Notes: generated from the letters alone by a model not told the origin. A stretch of DNA of 32,000 nt from Flavobacteriaceae bacterium (GCA_965224465.1 OZ245049.1:1380001-1412000), one strand, 5' to 3'; counted from the stretch's first letter, positions 9,176 through 17,676 are shown. A program made the numbers and translations.

Positions 9176-10306
9176 TCAAACCATGGAGAACACTTGTGCT
9201 TCAATAAATTTTACAATACGCTGGCATGCTTTACCATCTCCATAAGGATTATGCAAAGCAGACATCCTTTTGTATCTTTTACTATCATGTAATAAACGCT
9301 GTGTCTCTTCTACAATTTTATTGGTATTGGCTCCGACTAAAATAACGGTTCCAGCGGCAACTGCTTCAGGTCTTTCAGTAGTATCACGCATTACCAATAC
9401 AGGTTTCCCTAAACTAGGAGCTTCTTCTTGTACACCACCACTATCTGTAATAATCAAATAGGCTTTGTTCATCAACCAAACAAAAGAAGGATATGACAAA
9501 GGAGCCATTAAATGTATATTTTCAATATCACTTAATATTTTAGTAACTGGCGCTAATACATTCGGGTTTAAATGCACAGGATAGACAATTTCTACCCCAG
9601 AATTTGTCAATGCAATTTTTTTAAGAGCCGCACATATATTGATAAAACCCTCCCCATGATTTTCGCGTCTGTGCCCTGTAACAAGTAGTATTTTTTTTGA
9701 AAAATCGAGTGTATCTTTTAACTTCCTAATTTCTTCATTTTCTAATTTATCAACTCTTTTAGAGCTATACAATAAAGCGTCAATTACAGTATTCCCCGTA
9801 ACAAGAATCTGTTTGCTATTTATATTTTCAACTAATAAATTAGCCTGAGAATTTAAGGTAGGTGCAAAATGATAATCAGCAATACGTCCAGTTACTTGCC
9901 TATTCATTTCCTCAGGAAAAGGAGACTTCTTATTATGAGTTCGCAAACCTGCTTCAACATGACAAATTTTAGCTCCTGCATAAAAACCAGCAATGCTTGA
10001 TGCCATAGTTGTAGTCGTATCCCCGTGAACATAAACATAATCCGGCTTGTACGCTTCCAAAATAGGTTTTAACCCGTTTAATATATCTCCTGTTAAGCCA
10101 TATAAATTTTGGTTGGGTTTCATCAAATCTAAATCATAATCTGGAATAATTTCGAAAAAATCAAGTACCTGATCTAGCATTTCTCTATGTTGAGCCGTTA
10201 CACAGACACGGGTAACAAAATTATTGTTTTTCTGAAACTCTTTCACCAGAGGAGCCATTTTAATAGCTTCGGGTCTGGTGCCAAAAATAATTAGATTTTT
10301 TATCAT
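9176..10306 (-). CDS. wecB: UDP-N-acetylglucosamine 2-epimerase (non-hydrolysing)
   Basis: The sequence from MIKNLIIFGTRPEAIKMAPL... to ...DSGGVQEEAPSLGKPVLVMRDTTERPE is canonical WecB. I place the start at the internal Met (10306). The ORF extension to 10348 has no homology-like character. Confidence 0.9.
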   Translation of the reverse strand: MIKNLIIFGTRPEAIKMAPLVKEFQKNNNFVTRVCVTAQHREMLDQVLDFFEIIPDYDLDLMKPNQNLYGLTGDILNGLKPILEAYKPDYVYVHGDTTTTMASSIAGFYAGAKICHVEAGLRTHNKKSPFPEEMNRQVTGRIADYHFAPTLNSQANLLVENINSKQILVTGNTVIDALLYSSKRVDKLENEEIRKLKDTLDFSKKILLVTGHRRENHGEGFINICAALKKIALTNSGVEIVYPVHLNPNVLAPVTKILSDIENIHLMAPLSYPSFVWLMNKAYLIITDSGGVQEEAPSLGKPVLVMRDTTERPEAVAAGTVILVGANTNKIVEETQRLLHDSKRYKRMSALHNPYGDGKACQRIVKFIEAQVFSMV

Positions 10307-10330
10307 TGTATATAATTTAATGGATGATGG

Positions 10331-10404
10331 ATACCTATTACAATCCAAAATGAACGATATAAATAATTAGTTTCTAAACCGTCACTTGGAAATTTAATTG
10401 GTAT
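10331..10404 (+). repeat. Modular palindromic intergenic element, short form (copy R2)
   Basis: The left arm is ATACCTATTACAATCCAAAATGA. The right arm is TCACTTGGAAATTTAATTGGTAT, whose reverse complement is ATACCAATTAAATTTCCAAGTGA. It lies 24 bp upstream of the wecB start. Confidence 0.8.
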
Positions 10405-10979
10405 AATATCTAAAAACAGTTCCTCTTTTTGACTAAGAATAATAGTAGTTTATAAAATAGATATCCTTTTGTTTTTTATACTGATGCCACATAATTATCA
10501 CTTATAAAACACCTGTTTTTATACACAGCTACGCCACGGTCAGTCCCATTTATTGTTTTTTAAAACAGACCTCATATTGGTAAAAACAGTGTTTATTAAA
10601 CCTCCGCTCACAAAAAAACTGAACTCATTTTAATCCACGTTTGTACAGACAATAAATACGAGTACTTGAAAAATTCAAACACTTGTACTATTGAACATAA
10701 ACCAACATTCATATTAAAATATAAACTCCTATAAAATAGTTCTTACTAATTGAGGGGATTTGGGATTCCACCATTAAAAGACTCTTTAGACTTTAAAAAA
10801 AACCTTACACGAATGTATGTTATAATGTTTAAATAAAGTAAAACAATAAGCGATAAGCAGCAACCACGCACTACCTACACGCAATAACAGCAATAAAAAC
10901 TCACCTATGTTATTTAGATTAAAGCAAAAATTAACAGTTTTAAATAATAATCAACTTTCAAATAACATATCGTTAAATA

Positions 10980-11213
10980 ACACCAATTACAATCCAAAAT
11001 GACAGGTATAAATAGTTTATTTTACGTGCTAGCGTTGTTGAAAAATAGAACGACAGCTAAGGCTCAATGTCATTAAGTTAAGGCTATCCATACATTTTAC
11101 GCCTAGCTATACTACCAATTAAAATCCAAAATGACAGATATAAATAGTTTATTTTACGTGCTAGAACAAAAAATAATTCCATTTCTAAACCGTCACTTGG
11201 AATTTAATTGGTA
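10980..11213 (+). repeat. Tandem pair of modular elements (R3a: left arm plus inner module; R3b: medium form with both arms)
   Basis: R3a spans 10980-11110 and ends ...CGCCTAGCTAT. R3b spans 11111-11213 and restarts with ACTACCAATTAAAATCCAAAATGAC and ends CGTCACTTGGAATTTAATTGGTA. Confidence 0.8.
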
Positions 11214-11397
11214 GAACACTTATGTATTAAAAGCACACTTCAAAAAAAAATCTCCTTTTCTTCCCGTCAATAACCCCGCGGCGAACCCACGAGGCAAGAA
11301 AAAGAAAAAAACCTTCATCATTTCGATGCAAGCATCGGAGAATTAACCTCACTGGTGGGAATAAAAACAGTATTTTTGAAATTCAAATTCTTATATT

Positions 11398-11775
11398 ATG
11401 ATTATCGCTGTAGATTTTGACGGAACCATTGTTGAAAATTCTTATCCCAAAATAGGAAAAGAACGTCTCTTTGCGTTTGATGTATTAAAGCGTTTACAAA
11501 ACGAAGGGCATCAAATTTTACTATGGACTGTAAGAAGCGGATTTTTATTAGATCAAGCCATTTATTATTGTAAAACCAATGGTGTAGAGTTTTATGCCAT
11601 CAATAAAAATTACCCAGAAGAGGAACAAGAAAAAAATCCAAGAAAATTAAATGCCGATCTCTTTATTGACGATAAAAATATAGGAGGTATCAAAGCTTGG
11701 GGAGAAATATATCAAGAAATAACAGGAAAAACAGCACACGACTCCAATAAAAAATCATGGAAATGGTGGCGTTAA
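11398..11775 (+). CDS. Small HAD-superfamily-like hydrolase (function unknown)
   Basis: 125 aa. The N-terminal IAVDFDGTIVE matches the HAD motif I (DxDxT), and DLFIDDKN resembles motif IV. Confidence 0.6.
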   Translation: MIIAVDFDGTIVENSYPKIGKERLFAFDVLKRLQNEGHQILLWTVRSGFLLDQAIYYCKTNGVEFYAINKNYPEEEQEKNPRKLNADLFIDDKNIGGIKAWGEIYQEITGKTAHDSNKKSWKWWR

Positions 11776-11965
11776 AAAAACAAGAATCTTTTTTAAGCCC
11801 CCTTTTAAATACTCCCTTATCAATACTCCCTTACCTTATCATTTATACAATACACTAAGGATTGCTTATTTATTGACAATCAAATTGCATATCGTTTTAA
11901 AATTTTACAAGTCTAAGCAGCAACAAGCCCCCACACATAAAACACCCCCTAAAAAGGGAAGATTA

Positions 11966-12149
11966 AGACCAATTACAATCAGAAATAACCGATATAAATA
12001 GTTTGTTTTACGTTCTAGTGTTATTAAAAAACAGAACGATAGCAAAGGCTATCCATCCATTTTTCGCCTAGCTATAATTCCAATTAAAACCCAAAATGAC
12101 CTATATAAATAGTTTATTTTTAAACCTTCACTTGGAAATATAGTTGGTG
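11966..12149 (+). repeat. Tandem pair of modular elements (R4a: left arm plus inner module; R4b: short form)
   Basis: R4a spans 11966-12075 and ends CGCCTAGCTAT. R4b spans 12076-12149 (AATTCCAATTAAAACCCAAAATGACC...CTTCACTTGGAAATATAGTTGGTG). The architecture and orientation match R3. Confidence 0.8.
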
Positions 12150-12283
12150 TAATAACTCGAATCCCTCTTCCTTTACTACCTAAAAATCACCCTCCTAAAT
12201 CACCTATTCCAATTCCTTTTTTTTGATCGCATCTCTTCATATATAAAAAAAGTGTAACTTTATTCAATCAAGATAAAAGATCA

Positions 12284-14209
12284 ATGGGAAACACAATAGC
12301 TACAAGAATTGCCGATTTTTTAAAGTCACATCCCCCCTTTGATGGTTGTACAACTTCACAACGCATCAGTATTGCAGAAGTAACGCAAGTGAAATACTAC
12401 GAAAAAGAAGAAGTCTTGTTTAAAACAAATGAAACACCTCATCATCATTTTTACATCATTAAAGAAGGAGCTGTAGGGCTTTATAACATTTTAGATAAAG
12501 AAAAAACACTCATAGACACTTGTGACGAAGGTGACATCTTTGGTCTCAGAGCATTCATTCAAAACGATCGCTATAAGATGGATGCAATTTGTACAGAAGA
12601 AAGTATTATCTATACCATATCAATAAAGATTCTAAACAAAATACGAAAAGAGAATACGCAAGTACAGCATTTTCTTACCGAAAGTTTTAATACAAATATC
12701 AAAACACCAATAAGGGTATCAGGCAATAATAAGGTGCTATTTACTGAAGTATCCGATCTAAATTCTAACGCAACACATTTTACAGAAACCCAAAGCATTA
12801 CTCTTAAGAAAAAAGCAATCACTTGCAGTCCTAGCCATACTATTAGAGAAGCAGCGATGATAATGGCAAGTCAAAAAGTAGGTTCTATTATAATTACAGA
12901 AAACCAATACCCGCTCGGAATTATAACTGATAAAGACCTCCGGATAAAAGTAGCTACTGGTGCATTTGACATTCTAAGCCCAGTAATAGAAATTATGTCA
13001 CAACCTGTAAAAACGTTCCCTTTAGACATTAGCATTACAGAAGCACAAATAGCGATGCTCAATCATAAGATTTCACATTTATGCATTACACAAGACGGCA
13101 CTAAAAAGAGTCCCGTAATGGGGGTATTATCCGAACATGACATTGTAGTTTTACACGGAAACAATCCTGCTGTATTTTTTAAAGAGATCAAACGAGCAAA
13201 GACTATTGAAGCATTGATACATGTGCGAATAAAAACAGAAAAACTATTAAAAAACTACTTAGAAAAACAAGTCCCCATATTTTTTATTACCCGTATTATT
13301 TCTACATTGAATGAAAGTATTACACAGAAAATTATTTTGTTTTCCGAAGCAGAAATGAGCTATAAGCCACCTATTGCGTACAGTTGGATGTCTTTAGGAA
13401 GTCAAGGAAGGAGAGAACAATTACTTTTAACAGATCAAGACAATGCGCTCCTATTTGACAATGTCTCCTCAGAACAATTAGAAGAAGTACGTAGCTATTT
13501 TCTAAAACTCGCAAAAAAAATAACAGAAAAACTACACCGTATTGGCTATGAATACTGCCCCGCAAATATGATGGCAAGCAACCCTGCATGGTGCTTATCC
13601 TTAAATGAATGGAAATCAAAATTTAATACATGGATTCACAAACCAGGAAGCAAAGAAATTTTAAAATGCACCATCTTTTTTGACATCCACCATGTATTTG
13701 GAGAAATTGATCTTTACAAAAAATTAAAAACCAGTATTTATGCTGCTATAAAAACGTACGAAATATTTTTAGTTTTCCTTGCTCAAAACGCACTTAAGAG
13801 CCCTCCACCTCTTAGCTTTTTTAGACAGTTTTTAGTAGAAGCGAATGGAGATCACAAAGATCATTTTGATATAAAAAGCAGGGCTATAATGCCTTTGGTA
13901 GATGCGGGTAGACTTTTAAGTTTAGACTTACAAATTCCTACGGTTGTAAATACCATGCAACGTTTTGAACAATTAATACAATTAGAGCCACAAAACAAAG
14001 ACCTCTATAACGATTGTAATAATGCATTTAAAATTATAATGCATTTTAGAACAGTTCAAGGACTCAAACACCAAGACTCAGGAAGATTTATTGATTTAAA
14101 TGAATTGTCTAAAAAAGACCGACTAAAACTCAAAGGCTGTTTTAAATCTATTAAAAACATACAAGATTTAATCTCCACTCGTTTTCAACTTTCACAACTC
14201 TCTTACTAA
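12284..14209 (+). CDS. cNMP-binding / tandem CBS / DUF294-type nucleotidyltransferase domain protein
   Basis: 641 aa. The N-terminal cyclic-nucleotide-binding-like fold includes FYIIKEGAVGLY and GDIFGLRAF. A CBS pair follows (GSIIITE..PLGIITDKDL, SHLCIT..VMGVLSEHDI). The polymerase-beta-type NTase motif GSQGRREQLLLTDQDNALLF is also present. Confidence 0.8.
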   Translation: MGNTIATRIADFLKSHPPFDGCTTSQRISIAEVTQVKYYEKEEVLFKTNETPHHHFYIIKEGAVGLYNILDKEKTLIDTCDEGDIFGLRAFIQNDRYKMDAICTEESIIYTISIKILNKIRKENTQVQHFLTESFNTNIKTPIRVSGNNKVLFTEVSDLNSNATHFTETQSITLKKKAITCSPSHTIREAAMIMASQKVGSIIITENQYPLGIITDKDLRIKVATGAFDILSPVIEIMSQPVKTFPLDISITEAQIAMLNHKISHLCITQDGTKKSPVMGVLSEHDIVVLHGNNPAVFFKEIKRAKTIEALIHVRIKTEKLLKNYLEKQVPIFFITRIISTLNESITQKIILFSEAEMSYKPPIAYSWMSLGSQGRREQLLLTDQDNALLFDNVSSEQLEEVRSYFLKLAKKITEKLHRIGYEYCPANMMASNPAWCLSLNEWKSKFNTWIHKPGSKEILKCTIFFDIHHVFGEIDLYKKLKTSIYAAIKTYEIFLVFLAQNALKSPPPLSFFRQFLVEANGDHKDHFDIKSRAIMPLVDAGRLLSLDLQIPTVVNTMQRFEQLIQLEPQNKDLYNDCNNAFKIIMHFRTVQGLKHQDSGRFIDLNELSKKDRLKLKGCFKSIKNIQDLISTRFQLSQLSY

Positions 14210-14871
14210 TGCTTTCTTGGTTTAAAAAAAACACCCATCCCGAATTTTGGAATACATACCTTCAAAAATTCAAAAACCAACCGAAATTGACATTTAAAAA
14301 CTGTCGATTTGTGGTTTTTGACACAGAAACTACAGGCATTAACCCAAATTATGATAGAATTCTTTCTATAGGTGCTATCGGGCTACAAAACCATTGTGTT
14401 TTTGTTTCAGACACCTTTGATCAATACCTAAAACAAACTCTTTTTAATAAAGATACCGTTGCTATACACGGCATCTTAAAAGAAGGAAAAATGGATGCCA
14501 TTTCAGAAAAAGAAGCATTGACCTCCTTTGTCAAATACTTGGGAGACGCCGTTATTATTGCGCATCATGCTGCCTTTGACATCGCCATGATTAATCAAGG
14601 CTTGAAAAGAATGGGTTTAGGAAAATTAAAAAATAAATTTTTAGATACCGGAATTCTATATAAAAAATTAAAAAACAGCAAGCAACAACATGTAGGATTA
14701 GACGCATTGTGCTTGGAATTTAATATTTCTACTCATGATAGACATACCGCTGCTGGTGATGCTTATATAACTGCTTTACTTTTTCTGAAAATTGTAAAAC
14801 GTTTAAAAAAGGAACGGAATTTCAGTTTTGAAGATTTGTTTCGGAATAGTGAGCGAACAGGACTTCTGTAA
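14209..14871 (+). CDS. DEDDh 3'-5' exonuclease (DnaQ / Pol III epsilon-like)
   Basis: 220 aa with Exo I (VVFDTETTG), Exo II (IIAHHAAFDIAMI) and Exo III (HDRHTAAGDAYITA) motifs. The start ATG overlaps the upstream stop as TAATG. Confidence 0.85.
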   Translation: MLSWFKKNTHPEFWNTYLQKFKNQPKLTFKNCRFVVFDTETTGINPNYDRILSIGAIGLQNHCVFVSDTFDQYLKQTLFNKDTVAIHGILKEGKMDAISEKEALTSFVKYLGDAVIIAHHAAFDIAMINQGLKRMGLGKLKNKFLDTGILYKKLKNSKQQHVGLDALCLEFNISTHDRHTAAGDAYITALLFLKIVKRLKKERNFSFEDLFRNSERTGLL

Positions 14872-14896
14872 GTGATACGCAATGCGATTCAAAACA

Positions 14897-14968
14897 ACCC
14901 CGATCCCGCACGAATAACCGACATCGCTACCGCGATATTTGTATCTCGTGGCGTCAACGTTAAGCCAC
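14897..14968 (+). repeat. REP-like element, copy a
   Basis: CCCCGATCCCGCACGAATAACCGACATCGCTACCGCGATATTTGTATCTCGTGGCGTCAACGTTAAGCCA. It has a conserved head and tail around an imperfect hairpin. The same unit recurs at 17605 and 19137. Confidence 0.75.
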
Positions 14969-15006
14969 GCAGCAATTAAAACTACTAAAACCACAGCAGT
15001 AATGTT

Positions 15007-15756
15007 ATGGTTTTTTACATGCTGGCTACACATACATTTCCCTCCTCCTCCTTGTTAAAACCTACGGATTCAAAGACGGCACAAATACAGGCAACGAATA
15101 CCTGCGACAAAAACGGAAACATGATCTCCGATGCCAATAAAGGGATTAGCGCCATAACCTACAATTATTTAAACCTACCCACCAAAGTAAGTTTTGGAAC
15201 TAACCGTTTTATTGATTATATTTACGATGCCTCAGGTATAAAACAACAAAAAGCAGTAACTGAGGGAAGTTCTTTAACAACCACGCAATACGCAGGTAAT
15301 TATATGTATGAAAACAATAACCTTCAATTCTTTAATCATGCAGAGGGCTATGTAGAACCAGTCATTGCGAACGGTAGCGCGGCAATCTCATCCTTTAGCT
15401 ATGTGTACCAATACAAAGACCATTTAGGGAATATTCGACTGTCATACACTGATGCAGATGGGAATGGGACAATTAAACAGGATGAAATTATTGAAGAAAA
15501 TAATTATTGTCCTTTTGGACTTAAACATAAAGGGTGTAATAACGGAGTAAGTTCTTTGGGTAACTCGGTAGCGCAACGCTATAAGTTTGGAGGAAAGGAA
15601 TATGATGAGAGCTTTGGCGGTACATTAAATACCTATGATTTTGGAGCAAGGAATTATGACCCTGCAATTGGTAGGTGGATGAATATTGATCCATTGGCAG
15701 ACCAAATGCGTAGACACTCTCCGTATAATTATGCCTTTGACAATCCTATTTATTGG
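15007..15756 (+). pseudogene. Orphan Rhs/YD-repeat core fragment, truncated at both ends
   Basis: YD-repeat style sequence (DKNGNMISDANKGISAITYNYLNLPTKV, YQYKDHLGNIRLSY) and the Rhs core end (YDFGARNYDPAIGRWMNIDPLADQMRRHSPYNYAFDNPIY). The similarity stops at about 15753, before the usual cleavage motif and toxin tip. There is no long N-terminal repeat region. Confidence 0.8.
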
Positions 15757-15989
15757 TCACAGATTTGGGTAAAAACCCTGCAATTTCATTGCAATACTTT
15801 AGTAATCAGAAAAAGTTTATAACTTAGATGAATGGGAGTACAATTACGTAAAGGATCTCATACTGTTAGTCATATTACATGTCACATAGTTTGGGTTACA
15901 AAATATCGTTATAAGGTTTTAGTTGGTGATGTTCAAAAACGTTGCAGAGAAATACTGATTCAAATTTGTGAAGCAGAAAATATAGAAAT
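15757..15989 (+). mobile_element. IS200/IS605-family remnant: left end plus the 5' third of tnpA
   Basis: A subterminal hairpin TGCAAT-TTC-ATTGCA lies at about 15779-15795. The ORF from 15832 reads LRKGSHTVSHITCHIVWVTKYRYKVLVGDVQKRCREILIQICEAENIEM. This resembles the N-terminus of IS608-type Y1 TnpA (as I recall, YHIVWCPKYRRKVLVG...IIEM). It is cut off by the IS30 end before the HUH motif. Confidence 0.75.
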
Positions 15990-17114
15990 GCTGAATTCAA
16001 GTCACAAACGCAACTTTTAGTTAAATAATAATTGTTCCATTACAAATATAGGGTTTTGATATTTATGTCTCTTCCTAGGTCTGTTATTTAATTTTGTTTC
16101 TACCTCTTTGATTCTTTGATCTGTTAGGTTTGTAAAGTCACTTCCTTTGGCAAAATATTGTCTAATCAAACCATTTAAATTTTCGTTAGATCCTCTTTCC
16201 CAAGAGTGATATGGATGCGCAAAAAAGTAATCAATACATAAATTTTCTGCAACCTGCTCATGGCCTGCAAATTCTTTTCCATTATCAGCTGTTATAGTAT
16301 GTAGATAAGGCTTCCAGTCTTCTAATATTTCATTGATAGCTTTAGTGACAACAACTGCTTCTTTAGAGCTTACTTTTTTCATTTTAAGCATTCCAGAAGC
16401 TCTATCATTTACGGTAAGTATGGCTTGATTATGGTTTTTACCTATGATTAAATCGACCTCTAAATCTCCAAATCGATTTCTTTGTTCAACAACTTCAGGG
16501 CGTTGTTCTATACTAATACGATTCTTTATAACCCCTCTAGAATCCTTTGATGAGCCACGTTTTCTATATCTCCTTCCCTGTCTGCGAAGGTGTGTATGTA
16601 AATCACCATCATTCCTCTTGTCTTCCCTAATATGCTGATATATACGCTCAATAGACACCGTTTCTTTACCTTGTTTTTTTAGGACACCAACTACTTGCTC
16701 AGGACTATAATCGTCTCGCAATAACAACTCTATTGCTTGTTGAATATCTTCTGTAAAGCGTTTTCTTTTAGGCTTTTCTTTATGACGTTTAGCATACTTT
16801 TTTTGGGCTAATTCATGCTTGTAAACTCCATTTCTTTTGTCTGAATTACGCTTAATCTCTTTGCTAATAACAGACTTGTCTTTTCCTATAGCAGCTGCTA
16901 TCTCAACCTGTTTATAACCTTGTTTTAACATGCAACAAATTGTGTATCTTTGCGCTTGGGTGATGTGTTTCATACAACTTCTTTTTTCGAGATTTGAGAC
17001 CGTAAGATACATATCCATCAAGACAAGAAAGGTAGGTTTTCCTACTTTTCTGTTTTGAAAATATAACCATCATAGAATCAAATCGAAAAGTTGCGTTTAT
17101 TAGTTGAATTTAAG
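15990..17114 (-). mobile_element. IS30-family insertion sequence (variant 2), copy A, 1125 bp
   Basis: By eye it is identical to 24184-25308. The ends are GCTGAATTCAAGTCACAAACGCAACTTTT and AAAAGTTGCGTTTATTAGTTGAATTTAAG. I see no flanking direct repeat: GAAAT on the left, TAACT on the right. Confidence 0.9.
16017..16973 (-). CDS. IS30-family transposase
   Basis: I place the start at MKHITQAQRYTICC..., by analogy with MAHLTKEQRYTITC of the 4421 copy. The open frame extends to 17021. The DDE core is as in variant 1. Confidence 0.9.
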   Translation of the reverse strand: MKHITQAQRYTICCMLKQGYKQVEIAAAIGKDKSVISKEIKRNSDKRNGVYKHELAQKKYAKRHKEKPKRKRFTEDIQQAIELLLRDDYSPEQVVGVLKKQGKETVSIERIYQHIREDKRNDGDLHTHLRRQGRRYRKRGSSKDSRGVIKNRISIEQRPEVVEQRNRFGDLEVDLIIGKNHNQAILTVNDRASGMLKMKKVSSKEAVVVTKAINEILEDWKPYLHTITADNGKEFAGHEQVAENLCIDYFFAHPYHSWERGSNENLNGLIRQYFAKGSDFTNLTDQRIKEVETKLNNRPRKRHKYQNPIFVMEQLLFN

Positions 17115-17121
17115 TAACTAA

Positions 17122-17587
17122 ATGAAAAATATAATTACAATTACATTTCTTATTACAACAACTTTTAGTTGTACGACTAAAAATGAAAACATATTGAAGG
17201 AGTTAAATAAATTGAATTATGAAAATGACTCATTAAGAAAAATTCTTGTTGAAGTAAATAAAAAATATATTTTTGATAGTATATCTTAAGAGATATTCCA
17301 TCATCTAATAATTCATATAAATTAAATTCTGAAGTTAATGGAGAGATTTTTTTTATTGGTTATAATAATAATTCAAGATCAAATGTTATAATGGTAGATA
17401 GTTTTTCTTATAATCCTAAAAAATTACATAGCCCTGATACACTTGAACTAAAAAATGGAGGATATATATATATAAGAAGTTATTAATAAAAGAGAGCATA
17501 TCTTTACAAGGAATAATAGAAGTTAAAAATAAATATGGAAAGAGTTATGAAGGTGTTTATAATTCTCTCATTAAAGTTAAAAATTAA
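17122..17587 (+). pseudogene. Small lipoprotein gene with two frameshifts
   Basis: The signal and lipobox read MKNIITITFLITTTFSC. The reading frame stops at 17289, continues in a second frame from about 17283 (LRDIPSSNNSYKLNSEVNGEIFFIGYNNNS...) to 17486, and in a third frame from 17474 (KKLLIKESISLQGIIEVKNKYGKSYEGVYNSLIKVKN-stop at 17587). Confidence 0.6.
17462..17474. repeat. (AT/TA) dinucleotide tract at the second frameshift of the lipoprotein pseudogene
   Basis: GGATATATATATATAAG read directly from the sequence. Confidence 0.9.
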
Positions 17588-17604
17588 CTCCGATGTTAAC
17601 AAAG

Positions 17605-17676
17605 CCCCCCCGATCCCGCACGAATAACCGACATCGCTACAGCGAGATTGTATCTCGTAGCATCAACGTTAAGCCA
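17605..17676 (+). repeat. REP-like element, copy b, immediately 5' of the RAYT pseudogene
   Basis: CCCCCCCGATCCCGCACGAATAACCGACATCGCTACAGCGAGATTGTATCTCGTAGCATCAACGTTAAGCCA. The hairpin pairs GCTAC..GAGAT with ATCTC-GTAGC and has a 3-nt bulge. Confidence 0.8.

Noticed and set aside
10307-10348. A 14-codon N-terminal extension of wecB (MDCNRYPSSIKLYT).
   Set aside because: WecB proteins begin at the MxKxxxxFGTRPEAIK motif. The extension also runs into the R2 repeat element.
11247-11300. A GC-rich patch (CCTTTTCTTCCCGTCAATAACCCCGCGGCGAACCCACGAGGCAAGAAAAAG) with flanking inverted repeat, upstream of the HAD-like gene. It could be a riboswitch or ncRNA.
   Set aside because: I could not match it to any motif I know. 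Its reverse complement (..GGGGTTATTGACGGGA..) weakly resembles the REP head (GGTTATTCGTGCGGGA). It is most simply a decayed inverted REP unit. This is unresolved rather than disproved.
7757-12149. A possible CRISPR array, given the many repeated ~30-70 bp units.
   Set aside because: Spacing is irregular, from 0 bp to kilobases. The units are long imperfect palindromes of variable length with internal modules. The intervening DNA is genes. No cas genes are present.
14803-15033. A 76-aa minus-strand ORF. The ORFs at 20775-20963 (-) and 20922-21116 (+) are similar cases.
   Set aside because: All three are laid over REP-like repeat units and intergenic sequence. The open frames result from the GC-richer repeat composition, and no homology-like features were seen.
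15832-16020. A 62-aa ORF treated as a complete gene.
   Set aside because: It is a chimera. The first ~53 codons are an IS200/IS605 tnpA fragment. The last codons (LNSSHKRNF) are read from the IS30 terminal repeat.
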